A DNA stretch of 62,969 bases, filler included. It is 5 parts of 5 records of this genome, joined end to end, with 100 filler letters (N's around TTAATTAATTAA, not from the genome) between each part and the next. Parts side by side here need not be neighbours in the genome. Positions count along the whole stretch, not along the records: positions 26,777 to 44,896 come from SRR31156797_25146; positions 44,997 to 57,586 come from SRR31156797_25149; 3 more parts are not named here. One strand, given 5' to 3'. The notes beneath the pieces were generated by a model that was given only the letters and a program-made list of their open reading frames with translations, did no database searches and had not been told where the DNA came from. Each line of letters opens with the position of its first letter. Within the stretch, counting starts at the first letter, position 1. Shown here piece by piece: positions 37,462 through 48,256 of the stretch. A program made the translations under genes and the position numbers.

Positions 37462-40400
37462 TTACACATCACTGCCCTGCTCAACCACAGCCTGATTCCA
37501 TTCATACTTCTTGAAACTCTGTTTAAAGAAAAGTGAATAAAGAACCGGGCAGAGGATCAGAGTCAGCACGGTGGCGAACATAAGCCCGGACATGATGCAG
37601 TTAGCCATGGGCCGCCACATCTCCCCGCCCTGCAATGAGAGCGGAACCATGCCGATGATGGTAGTAGTCGCGGTCATGATGATCGGCCTTGCGCGTTCAA
37701 GGGAAGCCAGCACAATGGAGTTATCCAAAGTCAGTCCCCGACCACGCAGGATTTCAATGCGGTCAATAAGCATAATGGCGTTATTGACGATAATCCCCAG
37801 CAGACTGATCATTCCCAGCATGGGCATAAATCCGAAGGGGGAATTAGTCAGGATCATGCCCGGAGTAATACCGCACATCATGGGCGGCAGAGTCAGCAGA
37901 ATGATCAGCGGACGACGGAAGGAGTTAAACTGAAAGATCAGCACCAGCACCAGCAGTCCCATGGCAAGAGGCATGTTGGCGTTGATTGCTTCCTGACTTT
38001 CCTGACTCTTCTCAAATTCACCACCGTAGGCCACGGAATAACCCACGGGCCAGTTTTCGGACTGCATCATTTTTCCAATATCAGGACGCACAGCATCAAG
38101 GGTCTGCATGGCAAAATAGCCATCGAAGAGGTCTGCCTTGACTGTCATGGTCCTTGTCTGGTCCCTGCGACGGATATCTGAAGGCTGCCAGACCAATTCC
38201 GATGATGCGATCTGGCTAAGCGGTACATTCTTCTGGGCCTGATAGGAATAGACATTGAGACTTTCCAGCTTATCCAAGCGGTCACGGAAATCGCCCTCAC
38301 TACGCAGCATGATGGGAATATTGGTATCCCCATCGCGATAAGTTGAAGCTTGATAACCGCTCATACTTGATTGCAGGCTAAGCGCCACGTCAGAACTGGT
38401 TAAACCTGCCTGACGAGCCTTATCTTGATCAACATTTACCTCCATCTTTTTGGTCCACTGCCCCCAGTCATCCCAGACACGGGCTACACCGGGAGTCTTT
38501 TCCAGTAAGGCCACAACCTTATCACGCAAATGATATAGGGTTTTCTGATCCGGCCCGGAGATACGGATCTGCACAGGAGCACCCACCGGAGGACCATTCA
38601 TCAATTTTTTAAGACTGAAATCAGCATCAGGAAACTCAGCCTTGAGTTCCTTACGGGTACGCTCGATAACCTCATCAGTAGCTTCAACACTTTTGGTATT
38701 AACTACAAATGTGGCGAGGTTGTCGTTGCGTTGCTCAAGGTTCAGCGGCAGATACCAGCGCGGTCCGCCATGTCCGATAAATGTGCCGATACTTTCAACG
38801 CCCTTGTCAGCAAGCAGGAACTGTTCCAGCCTGCCGACCTCACCTGCTGTGGCGGTTATGTCGGTACCGAACGGCTGCCAAAAATCAATGGTAAACTGAG
38901 CACGCTCGTTGGGCGGAAAGAACATCTTGGGTACAAACTGAAATCCCCAGAACGCTGCCATACAACCAATAAGCACCACTGCAAGGAAGCTGGGACGATG
39001 CCTGAGGCAGAACAGTAGCATAGACCGATAAATACAATACATGCGACTGGAAAAAGTCTGAAACACAACCTTAGGCTTAAGCACATAGTAGCAAAGCATG
39101 GGCACCATAGACATGGACAGCCCCCATGAGCAAAGCAAGGTCAGACTGACCACGATAAACAGAGAAAAACAAAATTCTCCTGTGGCATTTTCTGCCAACG
39201 GAATGGGAAGAAAGGCGAAAACAGTGGTCAGGGAAGCGGCCAGAAGCGGCATCCACAGCTCGGAAACAGCCCCGACAACAGCTTTTAACCGTTCTTCCCC
39301 AGTTGCCAAACGCACCAGAATAGCCTCTGAAACAACAACCCCGTTATCAACTAGTATACCAAGGGAGATAATCAGCGATGCAATGGAAATTCGCTGCAAG
39401 CCCACATCCAAAAGGGGCATCAGGCAGAGGCAACCCAGCATAGCCATCGGCACCAGAGAACCTGCAATGAGCCCGGTACGGAACCCAGCGAAGACCAAAA
39501 TAACAATTACCACGAAGACAAATGATTCAAGTAAGTTGATCATAAAGTCGGTAATAGCCGTATCCACATATTCCGGCTGGTAGACGACCACATTGTATTC
39601 CATGCCGTGATATAGGTTCTTGGAAAGCTTTTCCAGCTTCGCAGAAACCTTCTCGCCTACCTCCATAATATTGTTATCGTCAGCCATGGAGACAGCCAAC
39701 ATGATGCACGGTTCGCCATTGTAACGGGCCATAACTCCCGGAGGATCGGCAAAACCGCGAGTGATCTTGGTTACGTCAGAAAGCTTTAACGAAGACTTCA
39801 TACCCTCAACACGCAAAGACATGTTGCGGATATCATCTACAGACTTGAACTCACCGGTAGGCTCAATATAAATACGCTCCGGTCCGACCTTAGCCGAACC
39901 ACTGGGACGGATCATGTTCTGCTGGCTGAGCATCTGGGCCAGAGCAAAGGGAGTGATCCCGGCCGCAGCCATGCGGGAATTGGAAAAATCCACAAAGACC
40001 CGCTCATCCTGCAGTCCCCAGCGGTCGACCTTCCCGACACTTGGAATGGAAAGCAATTCATCGCGGGTGTAATCGGCAACATCTTTCAATTCGCGGTAGC
40101 TAAAGCCGTCTCCGGTCAGGGCAACCATAATACCGAAAACATCCCCGAACTCGTCGTTAACCACAGGCTCATAAGCCTCAGCAGGCAGAGTTTTCTTGGC
40201 ATCAAGCACTTTATTGCGCAGACGCTGCCAGATAGGAATCATATTTTTCTGATTTTCCAGAAATTCGACTTCGATAATCGAAAGTCCGGTCATGGACTGA
40301 GACCTGACGTTTTTGATAACGTCAATCTCCCTGATCTTTTCTTCCAATTTATCAGTAACCAGCTCTTCTACCCTCTGAGGGGAGGCACCGGGAAAAACCG

Positions 40401-40545
40401 TACTGATAACAGCTGTACGAATGGTAAAATCAGGGTCTTCAGCTTTCGGAATACTAAAAAAAGTAGACACCCCGGCAAAGGCAATCAACAAGAAAATAGC
40501 TATGGAGGTCCGATTGTTCTCTATGCACCATCTGGCAAGATTCAC
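37462..40545 (-). CDS. RND efflux permease (AcrB/AcrD/AcrF family)
   Basis: 1027 aa; PGASPQRVEELVT, GILVDNGVVV, GIIVNNAIMLID, RARPIIMT. Confidence 0.95.
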   Translation of the reverse strand: MNLARWCIENNRTSIAIFLLIAFAGVSTFFSIPKAEDPDFTIRTAVISTVFPGASPQRVEELVTDKLEEKIREIDVIKNVRSQSMTGLSIIEVEFLENQKNMIPIWQRLRNKVLDAKKTLPAEAYEPVVNDEFGDVFGIMVALTGDGFSYRELKDVADYTRDELLSIPSVGKVDRWGLQDERVFVDFSNSRMAAAGITPFALAQMLSQQNMIRPSGSAKVGPERIYIEPTGEFKSVDDIRNMSLRVEGMKSSLKLSDVTKITRGFADPPGVMARYNGEPCIMLAVSMADDNNIMEVGEKVSAKLEKLSKNLYHGMEYNVVVYQPEYVDTAITDFMINLLESFVFVVIVILVFAGFRTGLIAGSLVPMAMLGCLCLMPLLDVGLQRISIASLIISLGILVDNGVVVSEAILVRLATGEERLKAVVGAVSELWMPLLAASLTTVFAFLPIPLAENATGEFCFSLFIVVSLTLLCSWGLSMSMVPMLCYYVLKPKVVFQTFSSRMYCIYRSMLLFCLRHRPSFLAVVLIGCMAAFWGFQFVPKMFFPPNERAQFTIDFWQPFGTDITATAGEVGRLEQFLLADKGVESIGTFIGHGGPRWYLPLNLEQRNDNLATFVVNTKSVEATDEVIERTRKELKAEFPDADFSLKKLMNGPPVGAPVQIRISGPDQKTLYHLRDKVVALLEKTPGVARVWDDWGQWTKKMEVNVDQDKARQAGLTSSDVALSLQSSMSGYQASTYRDGDTNIPIMLRSEGDFRDRLDKLESLNVYSYQAQKNVPLSQIASSELVWQPSDIRRRDQTRTMTVKADLFDGYFAMQTLDAVRPDIGKMMQSENWPVGYSVAYGGEFEKSQESQEAINANMPLAMGLLVLVLIFQFNSFRRPLIILLTLPPMMCGITPGMILTNSPFGFMPMLGMISLLGIIVNNAIMLIDRIEILRGRGLTLDNSIVLASLERARPIIMTATTTIIGMVPLSLQGGEMWRPMANCIMSGLMFATVLTLILCPVLYSLFFKQSFKKYEWNQAVVEQGSDV

Positions 40546-41621
40546 GATAGCCCCCCGACATTACGTACCTTCAGACCATCCTTAAGTGAGTGCACACCAC
40601 GAGTGACAACAATTTCACCGGACTTGAGACCATTCTTGATCAGCACGCCTTTAAAAGAAATATTCCCGATTTCAACGTCACGGCGTTTGACAACCGAACC
40701 GTTCTCCACAACCCAGACATGCTTGCTACCGTCAGGATTGCCGACAATGGCCGAGGGGGCCACATAAATATTAGAACTTACAGAGCGTCCGGCGAATCTA
40801 ACATTACCGGACATGCCGCTACGCACCAGTTGCTTGGAATTATCAAGATAGACTTTAACCGGGAAGGAAGCTCCTTCGTTAGTCCCGATACCTACTTCCA
40901 TAATTACACCCTGCATGTCCTTACCGGGCAAAGCATCAAAGGTAACCTGTACTTTCTCACCTTCGTTCACGGTAGCAATCAGAGTGTCTGGCAGAGAAAT
41001 AGACATCTTCATCTGCTTACCAGCATTGAAACCGACTACTTTCTGACCGGACTGCACATTCTGATGGACATTTACAGCAACTGCACCGACCCAACCGTCA
41101 AAGGGAGCCTTGAGCACGGTATAGCGCAGACGCTTGCGGGCAATGTCGAGCTTCTTATCCGAAGCATTCAGCTGGGCCTGATAGGATTTAAAATCCGCTT
41201 CAGACTGGTCAAGCTCTGACTTGGAAACAACCTTGCGTTTATAAAGCTGCTCAATGCGTTTCACGTCAGCCTTGGCACGCACGAAATTAGCGCGAACCTG
41301 CTCAAGATTGGACTCGGCCTGACGAACCTCAAGCTCGTAATCAGCAGGGTCAAGGCGGGCAATAACTTCTCCGGCCCGGAATTTCCGACCGATCTGGTCA
41401 CCGGGAAAAGAAGTAATTTTACCACCTACACGGAAAGAAAGGTCAGACTGCAAGGCATCCTCAGCAGTACCGGAGAAAACCCACTGTCTACCGGAAACTC
41501 CTTCACCGACCAGCATGGTCTTTACCGGACGCAGTACTTCCTGCACCGGAGAAGGTTTTTCTTTACAACCAGTCAAGACAAAACCAAAAACTAATATTGA
41601 TACAACTATTAATCTTTTCAT
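40542..41621 (-). CDS. RND periplasmic adaptor (membrane fusion) lipoprotein
   Basis: Lipobox LTGC; LSFRVGG, LKAPFDG, GMSG. Confidence 0.94.
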   Translation of the reverse strand: MKRLIVVSILVFGFVLTGCKEKPSPVQEVLRPVKTMLVGEGVSGRQWVFSGTAEDALQSDLSFRVGGKITSFPGDQIGRKFRAGEVIARLDPADYELEVRQAESNLEQVRANFVRAKADVKRIEQLYKRKVVSKSELDQSEADFKSYQAQLNASDKKLDIARKRLRYTVLKAPFDGWVGAVAVNVHQNVQSGQKVVGFNAGKQMKMSISLPDTLIATVNEGEKVQVTFDALPGKDMQGVIMEVGIGTNEGASFPVKVYLDNSKQLVRSGMSGNVRFAGRSVSSNIYVAPSAIVGNPDGSKHVWVVENGSVVKRRDVEIGNISFKGVLIKNGLKSGEIVVTRGVHSLKDGLKVRNVGGLS

Positions 41622-41633
41622 TTTAATCTCCTC

Positions 41634-42299
41634 CTAACAGCAGATAAAAGCCACTACTCTTCTGGACAGGATTTCTATGAGTTCTTCAATTCGCTCCGGA
41701 GTCATTTCATCCCAGCCCACGCGGTCAGTAAAAGCCTTGGACTTGACAAACTTGAGCACTATACCAATCAGCGCAGTACTCACTGCCATAATTTCGGTAT
41801 TTGAAGTGTCCTCAGGCATAGCAGTCTGGATCACAGCATTCATGGACTGTATGGAAGGCTCAAAAAATTCTTTATCCAATAACGGATATACTTCGCTTGG
41901 AGCGGCCATTTCTCGGTTAATCAGCATAATGCCCCAAATGGTAATCGGATCGCTGAGCACTCCCAACATCTGGGAACGGAAAAACCAGGCGACCAGATCT
42001 TCCGTAGAAATTTCACCGGATTTGATTCGGTCTATTTGCTCTTGGACAGCTGCGAGGCTGGGCATAATCTCTTCACGAAAACGGATAATTTCGTGGATAA
42101 CCGCTTCATACAATCCCTGTTTGCCGCCAAAATGGTAACCCACGGTAGCCAGATTGACTTCAGCTTCTGAAGCAAGACTGCGCATGCTCACACCGTTAAA
42201 ACCATTCATGGCAAACAGCCGTAAGCCCACTTCAAGAAGTTTCTGGCGGGTCTCTTCACCACGAGCCTTATTTGTCTTTCCCTTGGGATGAACTGTCAT
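41634..42299 (-). CDS. TetR-family regulator (CecR/YbiH-like)
   Basis: TRQKLLEVGLRLFAMNGF...VNLATVGYHFGGKQGLY; first gene of the pump operon. Confidence 0.9.
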   Translation of the reverse strand: MTVHPKGKTNKARGEETRQKLLEVGLRLFAMNGFNGVSMRSLASEAEVNLATVGYHFGGKQGLYEAVIHEIIRFREEIMPSLAAVQEQIDRIKSGEISTEDLVAWFFRSQMLGVLSDPITIWGIMLINREMAAPSEVYPLLDKEFFEPSIQSMNAVIQTAMPEDTSNTEIMAVSTALIGIVLKFVKSKAFTDRVGWDEMTPERIEELIEILSRRVVAFICC

Positions 42300-42368
42300 A
42301 TTTAAACCTCTCAATTGAGAATTTTGCATTCTTTCTAATGTGAGAATTAAACACTGCTTCTCATAAAG

Positions 42369-42384
42369 TCAAACGTTTGTTTAA
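42369..42384. promoter_or_regulatory. Putative TetR operator of the RND operon
   Basis: Imperfect palindrome TCAAACG-TT-TGTTTAA overlapping a minus-strand TTGACT. Confidence 0.5.
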
Positions 42385-42534
42385 ATATTACGTTTAAAAC
42401 TTATGTTTACAAATCTTAACTTTTAATTACAGAAGGTTAATTAAAGAGAAATCGTGAGACTTCCAATTCATCTAAAAATAACCTAGAAATTTTATGATTA
42501 AAGCCTCAAAGGACCCATAAGACAGGAAGTCAGC

Positions 42535-43065
42535 ATGAAAGCACTACTGGTAATAGACATGCAGAAAGCATTATTTGCTGCGGGAAACCGCCATAATGCA
42601 GGCGGAGTAATCAACAAAATTAATGCGCTTTTAACAAAAGCACGGAATAAGGACCTCCCGGTAATATTTATTCGCCACAACAGCGAAGAAGACGGCCTGA
42701 AACTCAACTCCGAAGGCTGGCAGATTTTGGAAGAACTTGACTTCCGTTCCACAGATTTGACCGTGGAAAAGAGCTGTTGCGACTCATTCTGCCAGACCGA
42801 ACTTTATCAAATGCTGAATGAAATAAATGTGAAGGAACTAATTATCTGCGGCTGCTGCACAGACTTCTGCATCGACACCACCGTGCGGCAGGCCGCAAGC
42901 ATGAATTTCAAAGTGACCGTATCTTCGAATGCGCATACCACAGCGGACAAGCCTTATCTTGATGCAAAAACAATCATCAAACACCACAATTTCGTATGGT
43001 CAGAAATGTACGCACCTGTATTAATAAAGGTTGAACCAGCAGAAACAATCATTAACGAACTATAA
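42535..43065 (+). CDS. Isochorismatase / cysteine hydrolase family protein
   Basis: ALLVIDMQ, VEK, TDFCIDTTVR. Confidence 0.9.
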   Translation: MKALLVIDMQKALFAAGNRHNAGGVINKINALLTKARNKDLPVIFIRHNSEEDGLKLNSEGWQILEELDFRSTDLTVEKSCCDSFCQTELYQMLNEINVKELIICGCCTDFCIDTTVRQAASMNFKVTVSSNAHTTADKPYLDAKTIIKHHNFVWSEMYAPVLIKVEPAETIINEL

Positions 43066-43068
43066 AAC

Positions 43069-43104
43069 AAAAAAAGTCCCGCCAAAACAAGTTCAGCGGG
43101 ACTT
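43069..43104 (-). terminator. Terminator downstream of relA/spoT
   Basis: AAGTCCCGC...GCGGGACTT with a T-run on the minus strand. Confidence 0.7.
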
Positions 43105-43127
43105 ACTATTAATCAAAATAAATCAAG

Positions 43128-44894
43128 TTAGCTTAATCGCGTAGCCTCCAACACATGCTCAATGGTCTTGAGCTTGTTCAATGAGCGATGCAGATGTCCG
43201 AGATCTGTTACTTCCACGGTAAATTCCAACACGGAACTGCCGTCCAGATCGGACTTGAATTCACCGGAATCAATGTTCACATCCATATCAGTTAGCACGG
43301 TGCAGATTTTTGCCAGCATACCTTTATGGTTGCGGCAACGGATACGAATCTGGGCCGGATGCTGGGACTCTTCTTGTCCACCTGTCCATGAAACGCTAAG
43401 TAAACGCTCCTCTTCAAGATTCTTGATATTAGGACAAGTTGCGGAATGGATAACCACCCCACGCCCACGGCTGATGTAGCCGATAATCGGCTCACCCGGA
43501 AGAGGAGTACAACACCCGGCAAAACGGATCAGAACATTATCCACACCTTCAATATCAATGGAACTGGCAGCGCCTTTGGCCTTATCTTCTCCGCTCTCGT
43601 GCTGATGCTGTTCCTGCTTGGGTGTTTCTTCCTCAACACCCTCAATTTCATTCATGACAGCATGCAGACGGCCAAGAACCTTGCGCGGGGTAATCCGTGA
43701 GTAGCCGATATTTGAAAGCAGGTCATCCACATGGCCAAAATTGAATTCATCGGCCAGCATGACAAAATAACCGTCTTTCATGGCCTTGGGCACATTGATA
43801 TTCATGCGCCGACCTTCCTTCTCAAGCAACTCCTTAGCAAGAATAATGGAGCGGGTCCGTTCCTCGGTGCGGATGTAGTGCTTGATGCGGGTGCGGGCCT
43901 TAGCGGTTTTTACGAACTTAAGCCAGTCGCGGCTGGGCTTACGCTTCTTATCGGTGAACACCTCAATGGTGTCCCCGTTTTTAAGCACGGAGGTAAGGGG
44001 AACCATACGCCCGTTGACTTTGGCTCCGGTACAGTGGTTACCTACCTCGGTATGAATTGAATACGCAAAATCAACAGGGGTTGCGCCATCGGGAAGTTCC
44101 TTGATCTCCCCTGCAGGGGTGAAGACGTAGACCTCATCGTTAAAAAGATCGAATCGCAATGAGGCCATGAATTCACGGGGATCTTCAAGCTCCCGCTGCC
44201 AATCCATGATCTGACGCAGCCATGAAAACCTTTCGGCATCACGGTTCTGCTTAGCGTCACTTTTACCTGATTCCTTATACTGCCAGTGGGCTGCAACACC
44301 GTACTCCGCCACCTGCTGCATCTCGTCGGTCCTGATCTGGATCTCGATGCGCTCACCTTCCGGCCCGATAACCGTGGTGTGCAGGGACTGATACATGTTA
44401 GCCTTGGGGATGGAAATATAATCCTTGAACTTACCGGAAACAGGCTTCCACATGGAGTGGACCAGACCGAGCACGGAATAACAGTCCTTCACGGACTCAA
44501 CGATTACCCGGAAAGCTATGATATCATGCACCTGATCAAGACTCAGGTTCTGGCGCTGCATCTTTTTATGGATGCTGTACTTATGCTTGGTACGCCCGTA
44601 AATTGTTCCCTTAAGCTCGTTATTATCGAGAATTCCGGTCAGCAGCCCGATAACATTGTCTACGTATTCTTTACCGATGGTATGCTGACGCTCCAGCCCG
44701 TCGGTAATATCCTGATAGACATCCGGCTTGAGGTAAAAAAGACAGAGGTCTTCTAGATCGCGTTTAACCATGTACAGCCCGAGCCTATTGGCAAGGGGGG
44801 AATAAATATCCATGGTTTCCTGCGCGATGAGCAGCTGCTTATAATTCTTCTGGAAATCAAGGGTGCGCATATTGTGCAGACGGTCGGCCAGCTT
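43128..44894 (-). CDS. Long RelA/SpoT (p)ppGpp synthetase/hydrolase, 5'-truncated
   Basis: KLADRLHNMRTL, YQSLHT, EIQIRT, AAHWQYK, TGS (PVDFAYSIHT), CC..P.PG, ACT domain. Confidence 0.96.
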   Translation of the reverse strand, partial: KLADRLHNMRTLDFQKNYKQLLIAQETMDIYSPLANRLGLYMVKRDLEDLCLFYLKPDVYQDITDGLERQHTIGKEYVDNVIGLLTGILDNNELKGTIYGRTKHKYSIHKKMQRQNLSLDQVHDIIAFRVIVESVKDCYSVLGLVHSMWKPVSGKFKDYISIPKANMYQSLHTTVIGPEGERIEIQIRTDEMQQVAEYGVAAHWQYKESGKSDAKQNRDAERFSWLRQIMDWQRELEDPREFMASLRFDLFNDEVYVFTPAGEIKELPDGATPVDFAYSIHTEVGNHCTGAKVNGRMVPLTSVLKNGDTIEVFTDKKRKPSRDWLKFVKTAKARTRIKHYIRTEERTRSIILAKELLEKEGRRMNINVPKAMKDGYFVMLADEFNFGHVDDLLSNIGYSRITPRKVLGRLHAVMNEIEGVEEETPKQEQHQHESGEDKAKGAASSIDIEGVDNVLIRFAGCCTPLPGEPIIGYISRGRGVVIHSATCPNIKNLEEERLLSVSWTGGQEESQHPAQIRIRCRNHKGMLAKICTVLTDMDVNIDSGEFKSDLDGSSVLEFTVEVTDLGHLHRSLNKLKTIEHVLEATRLS

Positions 44895-44896
44895 AA

Positions 44897-44996
44897 NNNN
44901 NNNNNNNNNNNNNNNNNNNNNNNNNNNNNNNNNNNNNNNNTTAATTAATTAANNNNNNNNNNNNNNNNNNNNNNNNNNNNNNNNNNNNNNNNNNNN
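44897..44996. other. Artificial contig spacer
   Basis: 44 N + TTAATTAATTAA + 44 N. Confidence 0.99.
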
Positions 44997-45471
44997 TGCC
45001 ACCATCGAGGCGGCCAGGGCCGGAGAAGCGGGAAAGGGGTTTGCGGTGGTGGCCACCGAAATTAAGGAACTGGCCAACCAGACCGCCGCGGCAACCTTTG
45101 ATATCAAGGAGAAGATCGAGAACGTTCAGCAATCCTCCTCGGTCACCGCCCGGGAGATAAGGGAGATCACCTCCGTGATCAACGATGTGAGTGAGATCGT
45201 CCTGTTTGTCGCCTCGGCCGTTGAGGAGCAGTCCTCCGCAACCCGGGAGGTGGTTGAGAACATTACCCAGGCATCGGAGGGCATCAGGGATATCACCCGG
45301 AGTATTCATTCCAGCACCAGGCTTGCGGAGAAAATTTCAGGGGATACCGCGGGGATCAGCACGGAGGCCAATGAACTTTCCGAAACGGCGGATCAGGTAA
45401 ACCTCAACTCCGGTGAGCTTGCGGACCTTGGAGAAAAATTGAAGACCATCGTGGCGAAATTCACGTTGTAG
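44997..45471 (+). CDS. Methyl-accepting chemotaxis protein, C-terminal fragment
   Basis: ATIEAARAGEAGKGFAVVATEIKELANQT at the contig edge. Confidence 0.93.
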
Positions 45472-45828
45472 AACGTATGCCGGTTATCCCGGGAACAAGC
45501 AATCCCAAAGCCCTTAAACTCGTTTCTTAGGAGCGGTCTGTTTCCTTACGGCTGCTGAAAGATGTTTCTATAAGTCCTTCTATAAACCGCATCGAAAAAC
45601 TGCTTCCGGCTTACCTCGAATTCCAATTCCTTATCCGGGGTGGTGATGCTTACCTGGGGCCGTTATGGAGGTGACATTTTTTAAGGAAAGAGAGTGGTGT
45701 TTCTCTTCCCAGCTCAATTTTCGGAGAAGCAAAATTATATCAAATCCCCCATCTCCCTTGAACAAGTCTGAAATACATTCTTTTTGAAATGAATGCAATT
45801 TTTGTTTTTCGATTTATTTAAAAAATGG

Positions 45829-45969
45829 TTGACATTTTTTGTGGGGTCTCATATTTTTTTTACATCAAACTACCGCTCGGTAGGCTGATATATTTCTTTC
45901 CTTTACAGTTGTTTAAGTCTTAAACGCCAGACAGATTTGTATTTAAAATCTACCGTTCGGTAGTTTGAT
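45829..45969 (+). promoter_or_regulatory. Sigma-70 promoter with two palindromic TetR-type operators
   Basis: TTGACA (45829) N17 TATTTT; CTACCG-CT-CGGTAG at 45870-45883 and CTACCG-TT-CGGTAG at 45950-45963. Confidence 0.75.
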
Positions 45970-46008
45970 TGGGTTTTGTTTTTACCCTTCAAATCAAGGG
46001 GAAATTCC

Positions 46009-46638
46009 ATGGGTTGCATGCGATCGACCATCAAACAGGTGGCCATTGATTTATTTTATAAAAAGAGTTATTTCGCCACGTCCATGAGCACCATCGCCCT
46101 TGGCAGCGGTATTCGAAAGGCAAGTATTTACCATCACTTTTCAAGCAAGGAGGATATCCTTTTTGATATTCTCATGACTACCATGGACGATTTGAACGAT
46201 TATTTGAGCCGCTCCCTTTCCGGATTGGAGAACATTGAAAACCGGATGCGGGCCGCGGTCCGGGCCCATGTCATGTTTCATTGCGACAGACAGAAGGAGG
46301 TGTTGATCTCGGACAGCGAGCTGAGGGGATTGACGGCGAAAAATTATAAAGCCTTTGTTGAGAAACGTGATGCCTATGAACGAAGGTTTCAGGATCTCAT
46401 TGCCCTTGGCATGCGCCAGGGATATTTCGCCCCCGGAGATGTTAAGGTTATCTCCTATGCGATTTTGACCATGTGCACCGCTGTGGCCCATTGGTTTAAG
46501 CCCGCCGGCAGGCTTACCGGTGAGCAGATTGTCAACATTTACGAAGAGCTTGTGGTGACACGATTATTGCGCGAAGCCATTTCCCTTCATCCCCCTGTGG
46601 TAATGGACCGGGGTGTTTCAGGAGATGGGTGTACATAA
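46009..46638 (+). CDS. TetR-family regulator (KstR2/PaaR-like C-terminus)
   Basis: IA..SGIRKASIYHHFSSKEDIL; RDAYE, WFKPAGRLT. Start uncertain. Confidence 0.9.
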   Translation: MGCMRSTIKQVAIDLFYKKSYFATSMSTIALGSGIRKASIYHHFSSKEDILFDILMTTMDDLNDYLSRSLSGLENIENRMRAAVRAHVMFHCDRQKEVLISDSELRGLTAKNYKAFVEKRDAYERRFQDLIALGMRQGYFAPGDVKVISYAILTMCTAVAHWFKPAGRLTGEQIVNIYEELVVTRLLREAISLHPPVVMDRGVSGDGCT

Positions 46639-46667
46639 CCGTTCAGCAACCTTCAAGGAGGGTAACA

Positions 46668-47693
46668 ATGAAAAAGCTTAACCGTATCATCGTTGGATTA
46701 ACGGCTTCTCTTCTCGTCCTGGCTGTGGCACTTCCCCAGGCTAATTCCGGAACATCCTATCGATGGAAAATCAGCCAGGGAATTGCGGAAGACCACCCCG
46801 CTTCGGCCCGGTGCAAGCAGTTTGCCGAATTGGTTCAGAAGAAATCCAAAGGCAAGATCAAGCTGACATACTTTCCGGCAGGCGCCCTTGGTGACTGGTC
46901 GGAACAGATTGAGGCCAACAGAATGGGAACCCTTGAGATAGGACTTAACGCAGGTTCCACCTCCTACAATCCCAAGACCAATCTCATGTTTATGCCTTAT
47001 CTCTTCTCTTCCTGGGACGAGGCAAGGAGTGCCATCGGCTCAAAGGGATGGCTGACCCCCATCTTCAACGAGCTCTATGCCGACATCGGTCTCAAGGTGC
47101 TTGGGATCTATCTCAACGCCTGGGATGGAATGGCCTACACCAGCCGGGTGAAAAAAGTCGTCAAGACCCCGGGAAATGCCCACGGTATCAAGATGAGGGT
47201 TCCCCCCATACGCATCTTCGAGGTTTATATTCCCACCCTTGGATTCATCTCCACGCCGGTTGCCTTTTCTGAAACTTTTACCGCGCTTCAGACAGGCATC
47301 GTGGATGCCCGCTCTGCCTGTCCGGCCGTTGAGGCCTATGTGATGAGAGATGCCCTGAGCTACTGGGTGGCCACCAGGGATGCCTTTGAATACTGGTTCC
47401 TCACCATGAACAAGAAGCTCTGGGACAGCCTCTCCCAGGAAGACCAGGCGTTGCTCACCGCCAGTGCCGATACGGTTATGGCCGAGCAGGCCCTGCAGGC
47501 GGAACTGGATGAGAAAGAGTTCAAGGCAAAACTCGTTGAAACCGGCATCAAGGTCTACGAGGTGACGGACGCTGAATGGAAAGCCTCGGCCAGGGTCTGC
47601 CGGGAAAAAGCCTGGCCTGTCATTGAAAAGGAACTCCTGGGCAAGGAGCTTATGGCAAGGGTGAAAAAGCACGCCACTCCCATCGCCCGATAG
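46668..47693 (+). CDS. dctP: TRAP transporter substrate-binding protein DctP
   Basis: Signal peptide; GIKMRVP, FSETFTALQTGIVD; AAGGAGG RBS before ATG 46668. Confidence 0.92.
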   Translation: MKKLNRIIVGLTASLLVLAVALPQANSGTSYRWKISQGIAEDHPASARCKQFAELVQKKSKGKIKLTYFPAGALGDWSEQIEANRMGTLEIGLNAGSTSYNPKTNLMFMPYLFSSWDEARSAIGSKGWLTPIFNELYADIGLKVLGIYLNAWDGMAYTSRVKKVVKTPGNAHGIKMRVPPIRIFEVYIPTLGFISTPVAFSETFTALQTGIVDARSACPAVEAYVMRDALSYWVATRDAFEYWFLTMNKKLWDSLSQEDQALLTASADTVMAEQALQAELDEKEFKAKLVETGIKVYEVTDAEWKASARVCREKAWPVIEKELLGKELMARVKKHATPIAR

Positions 47694-47719
47694 GCTCACC
47701 CCCAAACAAGGAGAGCGCT

Positions 47720-48256
47720 ATGACCTGGGTGCGAATTAAACAGACCTGTAAAGGGATTGACAGGAATCTTGACAGCATTTTTTCAATTTTAATCATTGCC
47801 GGCGGAGCAGTCATGACCCTCACCGTGGTTCTACAGGTGCTGCTCCGCTACGTGTTCAAGCAACCTCTCTTCGGCCTGGAGGAGTTCTCCCGCCTGGTGG
47901 CCATATGGATCTATTTTATAGGCGCTGTCTTCAGCACCAGGCAGGACAATCATGTCCAGGGGGATGTGGCGGCCAAATATATAAAAAGCGAGAGGGGCCG
48001 AATGGTGTTGAAAACCGTGGTATGGCTTCTCTGCCTTGTCACCTGCTCGGTGTTTCTTTTCCATTCCGGGGTCTACTCCTGGTGGATTTTCGGCACGGGC
48101 GAGCGCACCACCGGGCTGTGGTGGCCGAGGATCATCAGTGTCTCCAGCATGCTTATGGGAGCCTTTTTCATGACCATCTACAGTGCTGCCAACTTTATCA
48201 ACTACCTGCTCCGGGCTGTCAATGTTCGGGAACAGACCCAAAGGAGGCTGCCATGA
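47720..48256 (+). CDS. dctQ: TRAP small permease DctQ
   Basis: Four TMs; QVLLRYVF...EEFSR...HV. Confidence 0.9.
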   Translation: MTWVRIKQTCKGIDRNLDSIFSILIIAGGAVMTLTVVLQVLLRYVFKQPLFGLEEFSRLVAIWIYFIGAVFSTRQDNHVQGDVAAKYIKSERGRMVLKTVVWLLCLVTCSVFLFHSGVYSWWIFGTGERTTGLWWPRIISVSSMLMGAFFMTIYSAANFINYLLRAVNVREQTQRRLP